The translations under genes and the position numbers were made by a program. The notes below the pieces were generated by a model that was not told the DNA's origin, did no database searches, and saw only the letters and a program-made list of their open reading frames with translations. Below are positions 11,633 to 54,802 of a DNA stretch of 64,000 nt, piece after piece. Numbering within the stretch: the stretch's first letter is position 1; every line of letters starts with the position of its first letter. The stretch lies in the NCBI RefSeq assembly GCF_009914755.1, contig NC_060943.1; one strand, written 5' to 3'. This DNA is from the human T2T-CHM13v2.0 reference genome, Homo sapiens.

Positions 11633-12400
11633 TGTATTAGTTTTCTGTTGCTGCTTTAACAAACTTGGCAGCTTGAAACAACAGATTCTCTTATAGCTCT
11701 GAAGGTCAGAACTCTGACATGGGTCCCACTGGGCTAAAATCAAGGTTTTGTTTTGTTTTGTTTTGTTTTGTTTTGTCTGAGATGGAGTCTCGCTCAGTTG
11801 CCCAGGCTGCAGTGCGGTGGCACAATCTCGGCTCACTGCAAGCTCTGCCTCCCGGGTTCACGCCATTCTCCTGCCTCAACCTCCTGAGTAGCTGGGACTA
11901 CAGACACCCGCCACCACGCCCGGCTAATTTTTTTGCATTTTTAGTAGAGACGGGGTTTCACCGTGTTAGCCAGGATGGTCTCGATCTCCTGACCTCGTGA
12001 TCCACCCACCTCGGCCTCCCAAAGTGCTGGGATTACAGGCGTGAGCCACCGCGCCCGGCCAAAATCAAGGTTTTAACAGGACTGGTTCCTCTTGAAGGCT
12101 CTAGGAGAGAATAATCCATTTTGTTGCCTTTTCCAGCTTCTAGAGTCAGCCCACGTTCCCCCTTTTTTTTTTCTTGGTCCATTCCTCCGTCTTCAAAGCC
12201 AGCCATGGTTGGTCACGTCTTCCTTAGGCTGCCAGCTCTCTGACACCCATCGATCCTTTGGCCTCCTTAAGGACCCTCATCATATCTTGTCCCCTACCTG
12301 CACACTTAGTCACACCGCAGAGTCCCTTTTGCCAATTGAGATGTTCACAGCTTCTGGGGATTGGAATGGGGACTCCTTGGGGGCCTTGATTCAGCACTCT
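11633..12400 (-). mobile_element. MaLR MLT1-family LTR interrupted by an AluY (about 11746-12060, - strand)
   Basis: MLT1 terminus tgtattagttttctgttgctgct...aaacaacag; Alu flanked by TSD AAAATCAAGGTTTT (11736 and 12061). Confidence 0.75.
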
Positions 12401-13089
12401 TCTCCTTCCTACTCTGAAAACAAGGGGCATTTTCACAGGGGATGGTTTCAGGAAATGGGTGCCCTCTCGGAAGGAGCCCTCGCCAGCTGCTGGTATGTGC
12501 AGCATGTGCACAAGTCGCAGGTGGATGTTGAGGGTAGCTGCGACTGTGGTTACCCCAGGAGGGGCTCCCTGGGAGGGGCAGGAACCCTGCTGCGGCCTGA
12601 AGCTGGGAGAGGGAGGCTCTCCTCAGAGGCCCATCTTCCCCATCCCCTTTTATGAGGGCCTTCTAACCCGTTGCTCCCATGTGCAGGGCTCCGGAAGCAG
12701 GGCCAGTTTGGAGATGGAGCTGGGGGTGGGTGATCTGTGAGCAAGCAGGAGGCGAGAGCTGTGCTGGGGACAGAGAAGAAGAAGACAGAGCAGTACCCAG
12801 GGGCTCCAGCTAGGCCCCAGCCCAGAAGGGAGAGTCAGGGTATAGAAGGCTGTGAAAGGGCCAGATCATGCAAGAAAAGCTGCAGGGGGTGAGGGCAGTT
12901 TTTAAATAAACTTTTTCACATTTAGAAGCAATTTATGCTCACTTAGAAAAATTTGAAATACACAAGATGGCAAAGAAGATCATGAAAATGTTCCCTAATT
13001 CAACTGTCTCATGGCAATGCTTACTCCAGAAGTTTACATATAGAAGTGGTTGAATGTAAAGTTTCTTTTAAGGCAACTTATGTTGTTTC

Positions 13090-17821
<4,732 letters not shown>

Positions 17822-17948
17822 CTAAAATATGATAGAAACATGGAGAAAGGCCATAAGGCAGGAATACACATCAGAAGAAACTAGGCTGATAGACCAGAAA
17901 GAAAATATGCTTAGCATTACATGCCTAGCAGTAATCAGAGAAACCCCA

Positions 17949-18514
17949 GCACTGTGAGGGCAGGGCTTCACCTGCCTTGCTCATGGCCACACACCCTGTT
18001 CATGGCACTGTGAGGGCAGGACTTCACCTGCCTTGCCCGTGACCACACACCCTGTTCATGGCACTGTGAGGGCAGGACTTCACCTGCCTTGCCCGTGACC
18101 ACACACCCTGTTCATGGCACTGTGAGGGCAGGACTTCACCTGCCTTGCCCGTGACCACACACCCTGTTCATGGCACTGTGAGGACAGGTCTTCACCTGCC
18201 TTGCTCGTGGCCACACACCTTGTTCATGGCACTGTGAGGACAGGGCTTCACCTGCCTTGCTCGTGGCCACACACCCTGTTCATGGCACTGTGAGGGCAGG
18301 GCTTCACCTGCCTTGCTCGTGGCCACACACCTTGTTCATGGCACTGTGAGGGCAGGACTTCACCTGCCTTGCCCGTGGCCACACACCCTGTTCATGGCAC
18401 TGTGAGGGCAGGGCTTCACCTGCCTTGCTCGTGGCCACACACCTTGTTCATGGCACTGTGAGGACAGGGCTTCACCTGCCTTGCTCGTGGCCACACACCC
18501 TGTTCATAGCACTG
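17949..18514 (+). repeat. 56-bp minisatellite (VNTR), 10 copies
   Basis: Unit gcactgtgagggcaggrcttcacctgccttgcycgtgrccacacaccytgttcatg starts at 17949, 18005, 18061 ... 18453. Confidence 0.97.
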
Positions 18515-18657
18515 GTTGGTATTCGTAGCATTGTCAACAAACAAGATACACATCAATATAACGTGATGGATTTCTCAGCCTTCAAAATAGCAAGTTAAAA
18601 ACCCTGCCAATTAAAAGAAAAGGCATAAACATGACTATGATAAAAAAAAAAAAAAAA

Positions 18658-19025
<368 letters not shown>

Positions 19026-19029
19026 CTAC

Positions 19030-19727
19030 TGAAACTGCCTTTGCAAAATTATGACTAAGACAGTGAAAGAGATCTGACTAAATCAATTCCATCTTGCTTC
19101 TAACCTCTAAGCTGTCCTAGTTCATTCTTGGGCATAGGCTGAAGTAACTTTGAGAGAAACTTATAGTTCATAACCTTATGGTTTATAGTTTAAAACACAG
19201 AGGATAACAGCCCTTTCCCAAAGCAGACCTCCTTCTTGCCTGGGGACCAGATGGCCTTTGTAGGACTAACATTAGCCCCAAGATTAGAAACTCTGGTTTA
19301 GGAGTCACGCAGCTGGAGGCTAGAAGATTCTGACCCTCCCTCAACTGCTCCTAAGATCAGCGCTTGGGATATTTTGCAGACTCTGCACTTGATGGATCAG
19401 CTGGCCCCACCCAGATCCATAAAATGGCTCATCTGATCTTGTGGCCCCCAGGAACTGACTCCGCGCAAGACGACAGCTTCGACTCTGTATGATCTCATCC
19501 CTGACCAATCAGCACTCCTGGCTCACTGGCTTCCCCCAACCCACCAAGTTGTCCTTAAAAACTCTGCTCCCTGAATGCTCAGGGAGACTGATCTGAGTGA
19601 TAACAAAACCCTTGTCTCCCGCACAGCTGGCTCTGCGTGAATTACCCTTTCTCTACTGTAATTCCCCCGTCTTGAGAAATCAGCTGTGTCCAGGCAGCAG
19701 GAAAGGTGAACCCACTGGGCAGTTACG
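19030..19727 (+). mobile_element. Solo LTR8 (ERV1 class)
   Basis: Starts TGAAACTGCCTTTGCAAAATTATGAC, ends ...GGTGAACCCACTGGGCAGTTAC(G); 4-bp TSD CTAC at 19026-19029 and 19728-19731. Confidence 0.85.
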
Positions 19728-19769
19728 CTACCAATCCTGTGATATGATTGTGTCACATGGCATGGTTGC

Positions 19770-21350
<1,581 letters not shown>

Positions 21351-22612
21351 ATACATTTATTTTAAAGTAAATTTCCACATCTTGCAATAATAAAATAAAC
21401 AGTATTTCAAGTCACCTTAAAATAGATAATGTCTACATTAATAGATGTTCATCCACACAGCCCCGTTTATCACCTGGAACCATACTTGAGAAGTCCTGCC
21501 TACCAGTGTCCATCACCAGCTCCATTCCTCTGTAGTTGGTGCCATCTGCAAGAATCGAGCCCCTTCCTGGGGTTTGCACAGGCTGCAGCCTCCTCCTACT
21601 ACAGCAGATGCCAAAGGGCACTGGGCATGGTGTGGGGGTCAGTTCACTTTCACACAGGGCTTGTGTTTTCCGTGGTCTCGGCAACACCAACAGTGTCTGA
21701 ACATGACTGCACAGACATTGGTGCCCGCCGCTGCTTGTGAGCTCCAAGACCATCTCTCCTTCTGTGGGTGCCCCACTTATCTCACTTTTTGACCCCTCCC
21801 CAGGTCTCTGGAACCCTCTCTTCAGTCTTGACTTCCTGCTGGCCTGTCTGGACCAGGTCTGTCAGTCCTACTCCCCAGCACCAGATGGGCCCTAAGAATC
21901 CCCCTCCTGCCACACCTGCTATTTCCTCATATCCAGCCTCTCAGGCTACGATCACCACGCCACCCTTCCAGAAGGTTCCTTCCAACCGCCCTTCCGAAAA
22001 GGCCCTCTCCATGGCCCTCTTGTCAATGACTCACTCCCAGCATGGACAGCAGAGACGTGACCCACACCTCTAACCCATGAGGCTCTGCCCAGCCCTCCCT
22101 GGACATGTCAGAAAACAGAGAGACCCTAGTCACTGTGGGTCCAGAGGCAGGACCAGCAGCCACGTCCATGCCTTTTCAGAGCACCCTCACCAGGGTAAGG
22201 CAAGTTCTAGCAAGGCAGAGAGGGATCTGTGTGAGGAGGTACCTCTCATTACCACCACTGTTAATCATCATTGACTTATTCATTCATAGAGAAAAAGTCA
22301 TCTTGAACCATCAAACCCGAGAGCATAATGTCGGATACGGAAAGTCGGTGGGAGAAGTCATCTGTCATTAGGGGTGGGAGCGGGGAACTTAACACGGGCA
22401 TCCAGGAAAAGGCAGGATGAGAAGAAACCGTGGACTTGGTAAAGTCTGTAAGAAACGTCACCATCTGAGCCATCGCTACAGCATCTGCCTGTATTTCTCA
22501 CATGCTTACATGAAAGGCATTATTTATTCACTTGGACAACAAAGGCTGCTTTTCGTGAGAGTCACTGGTCCTCCCATGAGGGCATCCACCGATACTTCAA
22601 GAATCCTTCCTG

Positions 22613-26830
<4,218 letters not shown>

Positions 26831-27235
26831 GTATGAAGGAACTGGACAACCTACTGTGTGCGTGGGAGGATCCAAGTCCAGTTGTATGAAAGGGCCAGGG
26901 CTCTTCAGGGAACATGTGGGGCTCCACTGGCCACACAGGGCACAGAAATAGCAAGTCACAGCAACTATCACTTCGCAGAAGAGAATTACAGTGCACGGCC
27001 ACCACCAATGACAAACAGATGCTCATAGTGGGACCCCAACTGAAAAGGATACTGTCTCAGCTCCAGGCTGCAGGGCTGACAGGAAGAGCCTCGAATGCTA
27101 CCAGGAACTCTGTGAAGCCCAGCTGCCTCACAGCCCACGTGGGGTGCTGCCTGCACTGCTCCCTTCGAAGGCTAGTTCTGTCTCAAAGTGGCCCATAGCC
27201 TGATGAGGAGGCTGAGGCACGGGAGAGCACAGTAT

Positions 27236-27652
27236 TGTGCCAAACCCCTACTGACTCCAATGGGGACAGCACCAGGTTCAAGAGGCCGAAGAAGAGACTA
27301 AGAGCCAGCAAACAAGATGTAGGGTTTTACTGGGGGCTTACATACCGGGGAGAGTCCAGGGGCGGTGGGCTGGGCAGGAGAACCACTTGCAAAAAGCATG
27401 CAGTTTATATGGCATTTTCACTTAACATCCTCCCCCTGGCAACCTTCATTTAACTGAAAGCAAAAGGCCAGGATCCCTTATACCACCAGCATTCCATGGG
27501 ACAGGGCTAAGGACCCAGATGTTCCTCAAAAATAAGGAATGAATCTCTGAGATTCCTTAGCTGGGAACTCTGAACCACACTCAGGTGCGTCTGCCACACA
27601 GGGCCATTCTCAGGTGTGCTTAAGCATTGCTGTGGGGTGTGTTTACTATGCA
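27236..27652 (-). mobile_element. Solo LTR, LTR47-like (ERVL class)
   Basis: tgtgccaaacccct...ggttcaagaggccgaagaagag...caggtgcgtctgcc...gtttactatgca resembles the reverse complement of LTR47 as I recall it; TG...CA ends; no clear TSD. Confidence 0.6.
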
Positions 27653-28420
27653 CACGAGAAGGGATGGGCAGGGTCGCAGTCTGCAGCACTGCCCACGGAC
27701 AGCCCTTTGCATATGGCGTTTACTGCTGTGGGGTTCCTTTTCTCACCATCATCACCCCAGCTGTGCTCCCAAAGTTAACCCATGGACCACCGGCCTGGCA
27801 CCACCACAACTGTTCCAGTGTCTGTAGCCTCACCTTCAGTTCCTACTGGGCCGAGAAGCCTTGGAGGCAGAGGCTCAGCACCCACACACCCCCACCTACA
27901 TCTCCACTAGGCTTCGGGTAGCAGGTCCAACTCCTGAGACTGTGCAGACTCCCATTTTCCAGAGGCCTCTGCTCCCACTGCTCCCCACCTACAAAGCTTG
28001 CCCCAGGGCCTCTACACGTGCCGTTCACAGTGCCAGGGACACTCCTCCCCCAGTTACCTCCTGCTTGCCCTTCTAGCCTCAGTCCAGCAACCTCCAGGCT
28101 TTGTCAGATTGTGTATCCACAGCACTTCACAGGGGAGTTATCCACATCCACTGGCCCAGCCACCGCCTCAGTGGCCCACCAAAGACCCACAGATGAGAAT
28201 CAGAGTTCTCATCTCTCTACCTCAGAGCAGCTGCGAGGCTGGCCAGCTCCTCCCACACCCTTGGCGTTACACAGACAGGGTCATCCCACAGGGATGGCTG
28301 AGGTTCTTTGCTGGGAGACAGGGAAGACCCTAAAATAAGGTCTTCAGGGCACTAGCCCCTGCACTCCTCCATTGCTCCTTCATCCACGCAGACATACAGA
28401 CTTCTGTGAACACATCTGAG

Positions 28421-28426
28421 TTTATT
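28421..28426 (-). terminator. SLC27A5: SLC27A5 polyadenylation signal AATAAA
   Basis: TTTATT on the + strand, about 160 nt past the stop codon. Confidence 0.85.
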
Positions 28427-28583
28427 CTGCCACTGCTACAGGGCCCACTGTCATTTCCAGCCCACTGAGGTTGAGGGTATGGCCAGGCTGGGATTCACAC
28501 AGGCCCAGGATGAAAGGGACACCGAGTGTGTTGGGGTGGGGGTGGCTGGCTTTGATCCCTACCCCAGTGGGTTGGCCAGGTGA

Positions 28584-41948
<13,365 letters not shown>

Positions 41949-42080
41949 GGTACCAGCTCCTCCCTAGGAGCAGCAGCTGTGGAGTGTTCAGGCTCACCTC
42001 TGGCCCCTCAAGAGTAGCCCAATGGCTCCTCCCCAGGGGTGGTGGCCCTGGCACTGCTGACAGTGGCTGGTCCTCTCCCC

Positions 42081-42093
42081 AGGACTTTGCCCC
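42081..42093 (-). promoter_or_regulatory. HNF4A DR1-type site in the SLC27A5 proximal promoter
   Basis: Reverse complement GGGGCAAAGTCCT matches the HNF4 CAAAGTCCA-type motif; FOXA-like TGTTTGC at 42114-42120. Confidence 0.7.
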
Positions 42094-42197
42094 CAGCCCT
42101 TCTCCTCTACGTTTGTTTGCTCTGCCTGGTCTTGTGTGTGGGTCCAGCCCCTCTCTGCCTGGCGCTAACCCTTTCCATCACTGGCCTCTGGGTTCCC

Positions 42198-42210
42198 AGG
42201 TCTCTGCCCC
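42198..42210 (-). promoter_or_regulatory. FXR/RXR IR-1-like element in the SLC27A5 promoter
   Basis: GGGGCA-G-AGACCT versus consensus GGGTCA-N-TGACCT; the gene is an established FXR target. Confidence 0.6.
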
Positions 42211-43553
42211 TTGGGCACCACTAGCCTCCTTCCTGCTGTCCTGCTTGCCCCATCCACCCTCCAGGGCTGGCATCTAACTCCCTTGCCTCCCCTCCCATCC
42301 CTGCTGGGTACCAGACACTCAGAGCACAGAAATCCCTGCCCTTGGGAACACTCCAATCAGGCCAAACAGAAAAGCAACAGGACAGCAAGGTGGACCTCAT
42401 TGGGAGGTCCTCCTGTGACACCCACTGAAACCCTGAGGAGAGGGGCTCAGCCAGGCTAAGCCCCTTGTCCCATGATCCGAGGAATCGTACCCTCCTGCCA
42501 GGCATACAGCAAGTGCTCAGTAAATACAGGAACACTGGCATCGCCTGGATTCAAACCCAGCTCTGCCCCCCACCCATGTGCTTGCTCTGACTCTCTGCTC
42601 CACCTCTGGCTTTGACGACGATGGAGTCCTGGGGTTCAGGAGACTGAAGTCAGCCCATGATGCACACAGTTGGATCATGAAAGCCCTGGCCTCTCACCTT
42701 GAGGAAGCAGTCTCAGAAGGTGAACCCAGAGGAGCTGCCATTGGCCTAGGAGCCTGGCAGGTCAGGCTGGGGTATGGCCTGGGGCCATACCCCACTCCAC
42801 CAGCTCCAAATCCTTATGGCAGGGCACCTAGGCTAGGAGCCACTATTGTGCTGAAGAGGAGAGGGGCAAAGAGTGGCTGCTCTCTCCGCTGGATGCAGGG
42901 GCCTGGGACACTGGCTGGCCAGTAGGGGTGGTGTCCCCAACCGCCCAGCAGTCAGCCCCAGGATCCCACCCCTCACTGTTTCCTGCCCCCAACACGGCCA
43001 TCGGAGCCCTCCCTGAACTTTGCCCCCAGCACCAAGGGCAGATATATGGGGGCTTATATACCCTCAGTGCAACCTGGCCCCAAAGATCCCCCTGGGCTCC
43101 CCACAAGTAAGGTGCTCAGCCATGTCCATCAAGGTCGGGGAGGGGAAGTCTTAAGTCCAAAAGACCCTTAGAGCCTGACTGGAAGATCTATGGGAGGGGC
43201 CTTAAAGGTCGTGGACAGCAGCAACCAGGAGTATGATGGGGCTTTCACGTGGCCTCCCTCTCGGAGACCCACCTCAGATGTGGCCTGCCTATCCTACTCC
43301 CCACAGGACTGAGGGATCCAAGAGAACCAAGTGCTGGTTATATATGCAGCCCACCTTAGCCCCTACAGAATAGAGGTCCTAGATGGCAAAGTGGACCATC
43401 CTGTTCCTGCCCAGGACAGCCTGTGGGCCGCATGGATGCCACCCAAGAACAGGGACGCTGAACCCTGACACTCACATCTTGTCTATGAGGGCAAGGCACG
43501 CACTGATCCAGGTGCTCACAGCTTCGTGGTTTAGGCCCCATGGCCTACAGTCC

Positions 43554-43559
43554 TTTATT
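43554..43559 (-). terminator. ZBTB45: ZBTB45 polyadenylation signal AATAAA
   Basis: TTTATT on the + strand, about 490 nt past the stop codon. Confidence 0.8.
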
Positions 43560-44046
43560 AGAGCGAGAGTCCCGAGGCCCAGCCCCCATATATGATGGGT
43601 CCACTTGAGTCTCCTTAGGCGCCCCATGAGGGAGTAACAGCTTGGGTAGAGAGCTAGGGACCTTGCCCAGCCTGACCCTGGGGCAGGCAAGCGGCCCCCC
43701 AGCCCCCACCACCACCCCAGGAGAGGGCGGGGTGAGAACCGGAGTCAAATCTTGGGCCGGGTCCAAGCGCCTGAGCGCCCGGTTTACGCAGGAAATAGTC
43801 CAGTTCTCAGAAGTGGTCTAACCAGCCCCAGCCCCAGCCCGGCACCACCTGGAGGGTTCAAGTACATGGAGGAGAGGAGTAAGGCGGACTTAGGCCCTGG
43901 TATGGAGAAAGGGTGAAGGGAGAGAGAGGACCTGCGCTCAGGAGGGAGCGTGGTCTAGTGGCGGGAACCACGGGTCCCGCAGCGGGCGTGGCCGACTGTG
44001 CGGGAGGCCCCGGATCCACCGTGGGCGAGGCCAGGCCCCAGCGCCA

Positions 44047-47667
<3,621 letters not shown>

Positions 47668-49299
47668 CTGCACAGAACAAGAGGAGGGCAGGGAGAGGTC
47701 AACTGAGGACCCCCATCTGTCCCAACGTCCCTGTCCCCTCACCCCTTGTTGCAGGACAGGGCTCGAGTGCACCACACTCCAAGGCGCGCTAACCCATCCC
47801 TCCCCAGCTGCCCTTCACAGTCCCCATTCCCAACACAGGACACTCCAGCACTCCCTCCTCCCCCTACCTCAGACCTGGCCAGGCCGTCTACAGCCCCCCA
47901 TTAACGCTGCAAACCCTAGCACACCCCTAGGAAAGGGTGTTGGCCTCAATCACTGCTCCCGAAAAGGTTCAGGCCTTGGCCTACTCTATGTTGACTCACC
48001 CACCCACCCCACCCCAACTCCAATAACCCTAAGCCTCCCCATGTGCCCCTCCAAGAGGGCAGCCCGGTGTGTAGAAGAGGCCAGGGACCCCCATCCCAAC
48101 TGGCTAACCTGCCTCACCCCGAGTAGACCTTGCTCTCTACCCAGCTAGCTTCCACTCCTCCTCCACCCCTGCTGACAGCTCCTTTTGGTTTCCTTTAGCC
48201 ACATCCCCCCAGTATGAGACCCTGTGCATAGGCAGGATTGCTGCCTCAGAACCAGGTCACCTTAACTAGTATATACAGAGGCTCTCGCAGGAGTGGGGTG
48301 GCATGACCTGCTTCCTGGGCAGGGTGGTTCTGGGTGTGCCTAGTCACTAAGGGCTGAGGGTAAAAGGTTGGGCAGTACCTTGGGAGATGCCCCAGGGAAA
48401 CCAGTACATGCTCCCTGGCAGCCCCTAGCATAGCGAGCAGGGAGGTGGCTCCTGCAGCCCCAGCTTCTTGCCATCTCGATGGGGCCTGTGGGGCCCAGGG
48501 TGTGGGTGTGGCACAGAGAGGGGAAGTGTGGATTGAGCAGGGGTGTGTGACTGGATAGCTGCCCATGGAGTAATCGGGGACACGGCCCAACATCAGGCAC
48601 CAGAAAGGGGAGGGGGTAGTCCTCAGAGGACTCTGGAATCTGAGGAGTTCTGCTACTCCATCCATCAAGCAGGTAAACCGTGATCCTTCGGCCTGTTTCC
48701 CCTTCTATCAAACAAGGGATGAGATACTCGGCTCATCCCGCACCCAGACTGCACACACCTCCAGTCTAAGGGAGGAGGGTAGGAGCTCTGGACTCTGACA
48801 TCCGTATAGGCTCCACCAGCCTGTCTCTCCCTTGGAGTCACAAAGCCCCAGGGTGGGCTCGGCTTGATGCTGCCCCTACACCCTCGGGCTCTACTGGGGT
48901 CTCAAGATTCAACCCCTCCGACTCCTTATGCCCAATCCGCCGTCCCTTTGCTCAGCCAGACGCCTCCCTTTTTTGCATGCCCCACATTTGACCCTCAGAC
49001 CACTTCGAGCACCTCCACTGCCCCGTTCCCGCTGTCCTGGACGGATGAAGAAACCTGGCTGGTGTCTCTGCGCCCCTCGCCTCCCCTTCTGTTCCCCACA
49101 CGGCAGCCAGAGGGAGCTTTTCCAGACTACGGATCCGGATACACCACCCCGCTCCCTGGCCCTGTTCTGAGCCTTCTGTGCAATGCCTCAAAAAAGCCAG
49201 GCCTGTGCCCGCGCAAAGGCTAACTCAGCAAGCAGCACCGCCCCATCTGTATTCACCTAGCACCTGAAAGGATTCTAATCTGTCCGGCCGATGGGGACG

Positions 49300-50300
49300 G
49301 AAACTTGCGCATCAACCCGAGAGACTTGAACCTTCCTTTCCCGCCCCGCCCCGCGACGGGCTCCATTCCTCAGTCCCGACGCCGCAAGGCCGGCCTGGAC
49401 ACTTCAGAACAAAGGCCTGCACTCGAGACCCGGCGCCCAGGCCAGCTTCCCGGGTCCGGCGCCGCACACTCCCGCCACGCCTTCGCCGCGCCGTGTGCTT
49501 TACTCCGAGCGCGTTCTCCCATACTCTGCTCCATTGCCCGCGCCCCACCCTACGCCCAAAGCACCCCTCTGACCCGCCGCTGCCACCCCGCACTCTGGCC
49601 CCCGCCGTACCCCGGTCCTGCAGCGCCCCCTCGCGTTCTCAGCGTGCGCTTCTAGCGGAGCGCAGGTGCCCCTCCCCTGGCACGCCCCAGCCTCCTCGCC
49701 CGCCCTGCGGCAGGGGGATGCCCATTCGACCCCACCTCCGACTCCTCTTCAGGCACCAGGCTCTGCCGTGGCCGCTTCCTCCTGACCGACTACAAGGCCG
49801 CACTTCCGGGCCGTTACCCCGGCGGAACGGAGGCCTGCGGTCGCGGCGGCGCAGGGGAAACCCTAGGCCGAAGCACGTTTCCGGTATTTTTATGGCGATC
49901 AGCTCCCGCCAGTCTGCACTCCGGCTCTCCTCTTAGTCGGAACCAAAGTCGAAGAGGCTAGGGCTGCCGCGTCGCGAGGAATGTCTGGACCAGAGCACTC
50001 TTCCGGCGTCGCCCAGGAGATCAGGGGTGTGGCGGGCCTGCGCGATCAATCCGCAAGCTCCCTGTGATGCAGAATGGGAAGGCAGTTCCCGGCCCAAGTC
50101 CCCAACGTGTTCTGGCCAGTTTAAACCCCACTGCGAACCGGGGAAGTGGCCTTATTCCTGTGACACGGGTGAGAGCTGAAGTAGGTCTCGGTCCCTGGCC
50201 GCCAGGAGGTGCAAGCAAGCTACCACTACTGCAGACGCTCCAGGCCCGCCCGCTGTGGGTGGGACTGGGGAAAGGACCCCATCTCGGCCTTGGCACCTTC
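49300..50300. promoter_or_regulatory. CpG-island promoter of ZBTB45 with probable non-coding exon 1 (donor GGAG|GTGGGG at 49736/49735, - strand)
   Basis: CpG-dense; ETS cores CACTTCCGG (49801), TTTCCGG, CTTCCGG, CGGAA. Confidence 0.8.
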
Positions 50301-50399
50301 TACTACAACGCAGACAGGAATAGACAACTGCCTCACCCTGCTCTGGGCCTCCCCTGAGCTAGACCCTGTGAGATTCTGGGACATTGCAAGTCAATCTGG

Positions 50400-51640
<1,241 letters not shown>

Positions 51641-52016
51641 TCTGGTGAGATCCAGGGCCTCCACACAGTGAGAGTCCAATAAATGCCACTATTTGTTTCC
51701 CATCTGATGAACGCATTCCTCACATTTCCCTCACTGAAAGCTTTATTTCTGTGCCTTCCCAGCTTTTACCAGGCTCCTTCGTGATCTCATTCCTCAGGGA
51801 GCAGTTCTCACTTCCCCTATCCCAGAGGACAGAGGGACTCGGCAGTGAAAGAGGGAACCAACTGTCCAAACGCATGACTAGAACAAAGCCTCCAGAAGAC
51901 AGACAGGGTCAGGATGCCTGTCCTTCACCCAGGACAGCTACTGGGTGATTGTGTTGTAGATGTGGTATTTGGAGGTCAGGGGGAGGAAAATATGTACCAG
52001 GTGGGAAACCTCATTA

Positions 52017-52278
<262 letters not shown>

Positions 52279-52385
52279 TAGCTGAGATTACAGGCGCCTA
52301 CCACCATGCCCCACTAATTTTTGTATTTTTAGTAGAGACGGTGTTTCACCATGTTCACCAGGCTGGTCTCAAACTCCTGACCTCA

Positions 52386-52669
<284 letters not shown>

Positions 52670-53302
52670 TCATCGTCTTTGTTCAGACTCAAACCATGGC
52701 CTGCTGGACCCACTGGGTCTGCTTTCACTGGGCTGAGTTTTGGGAAGAGCATAAGGGTAGGTGGGAAAGGCATGCATGAGGCCTCTGAGGAGGGAGGACG
52801 GCCCTCCCTTGGGCAAGACAAATGAGTGAACCTTGGGCTGAGTGGCAGGATTGCAGTGTGTTGAGGGGGGGAAGCCATGTCCCATTAGCCCCATTAGCAT
52901 GTTTAAGGGGCTGTAGGGAAGACAGTGCACCTAGTGGGGTGGCAAACGCAGGAGTCCTAGCAGGAAACAATAGCTGCCCTGACAGCAGTGAAGGGTAGAA
53001 AGGGACAGATTCAGGGTAGGAAGGAGAGGACACGGGTGGCTTTAGAGAAAGTCTCAGCTCCAAGGGATGGGGCCTGGAGGATTAGGGCAAGATAGGGGTG
53101 GAAGACCCTGCCCAAGGGCTAGGATGAACACAGGAAGGAGAAAAACCAAACCCTGACCTCTCTCAAGCAGCCAAGGGAGGTGAGAGCTGCAGCCTCAAGG
53201 GTTATTTTCCTTTTCTCTCTAAAGATCTTTTCACAAGGCTGGGCGTGGTGGCGTCTGTGGTGGCGTCTGTAATCTCATAATTTCAGCACCTTGGGAGGCT
53301 TA

Positions 53303-53503
<201 letters not shown>

Positions 53504-53533
53504 CTAGCTGGGCATGGTGGCGGGCACCTGTAA

Positions 53534-54256
<723 letters not shown>

Positions 54257-54321
54257 TCAAAATAATAATAATAATAATAAAAAGAATGTGTATATATGTG
54301 TGTGTGTGTGTGTGTGTGTTC

Positions 54322-54368
<47 letters not shown>

Positions 54369-54667
54369 AACCCAAAGACCTTAACCCTGGTTGTGGGGGC
54401 ATTTCAAGGAATAAATGTGTACCTGAGAACACAGGTTTGACAAGCTAGGGAGGAGGGCGATGTGGCCTGCAAATATTAAAAACTCCAGGCTAGGCCGGGT
54501 GCAGTGGCTCACGCCTGTAATCCCAGCACTTTGGGAGGCCGAGGCGGGCGGATCACGAGGTCAGGAGATCGAGACCATCCTGGCTAACACGGTGAAACCC
54601 CATCTCTACTAAAAATACAAAAAATTAGCTGGGCGTGGTGGCAGGCGCCTGTAGTCCCAGCTACTCA

Positions 54668-54802
<135 letters not shown>

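Noticed and set aside
17949-18514. Regular repeat array superficially like CRISPR
   Set aside because: Head-to-tail tandem units with no unique spacers, in human DNA; it is a minisatellite.
47668-47775. N-terminal extension of the ZBTB45 ORF in the ORF track
   Set aside because: It lies upstream of a clear pyrimidine tract and CAG acceptor and starts at GTG; intronic.
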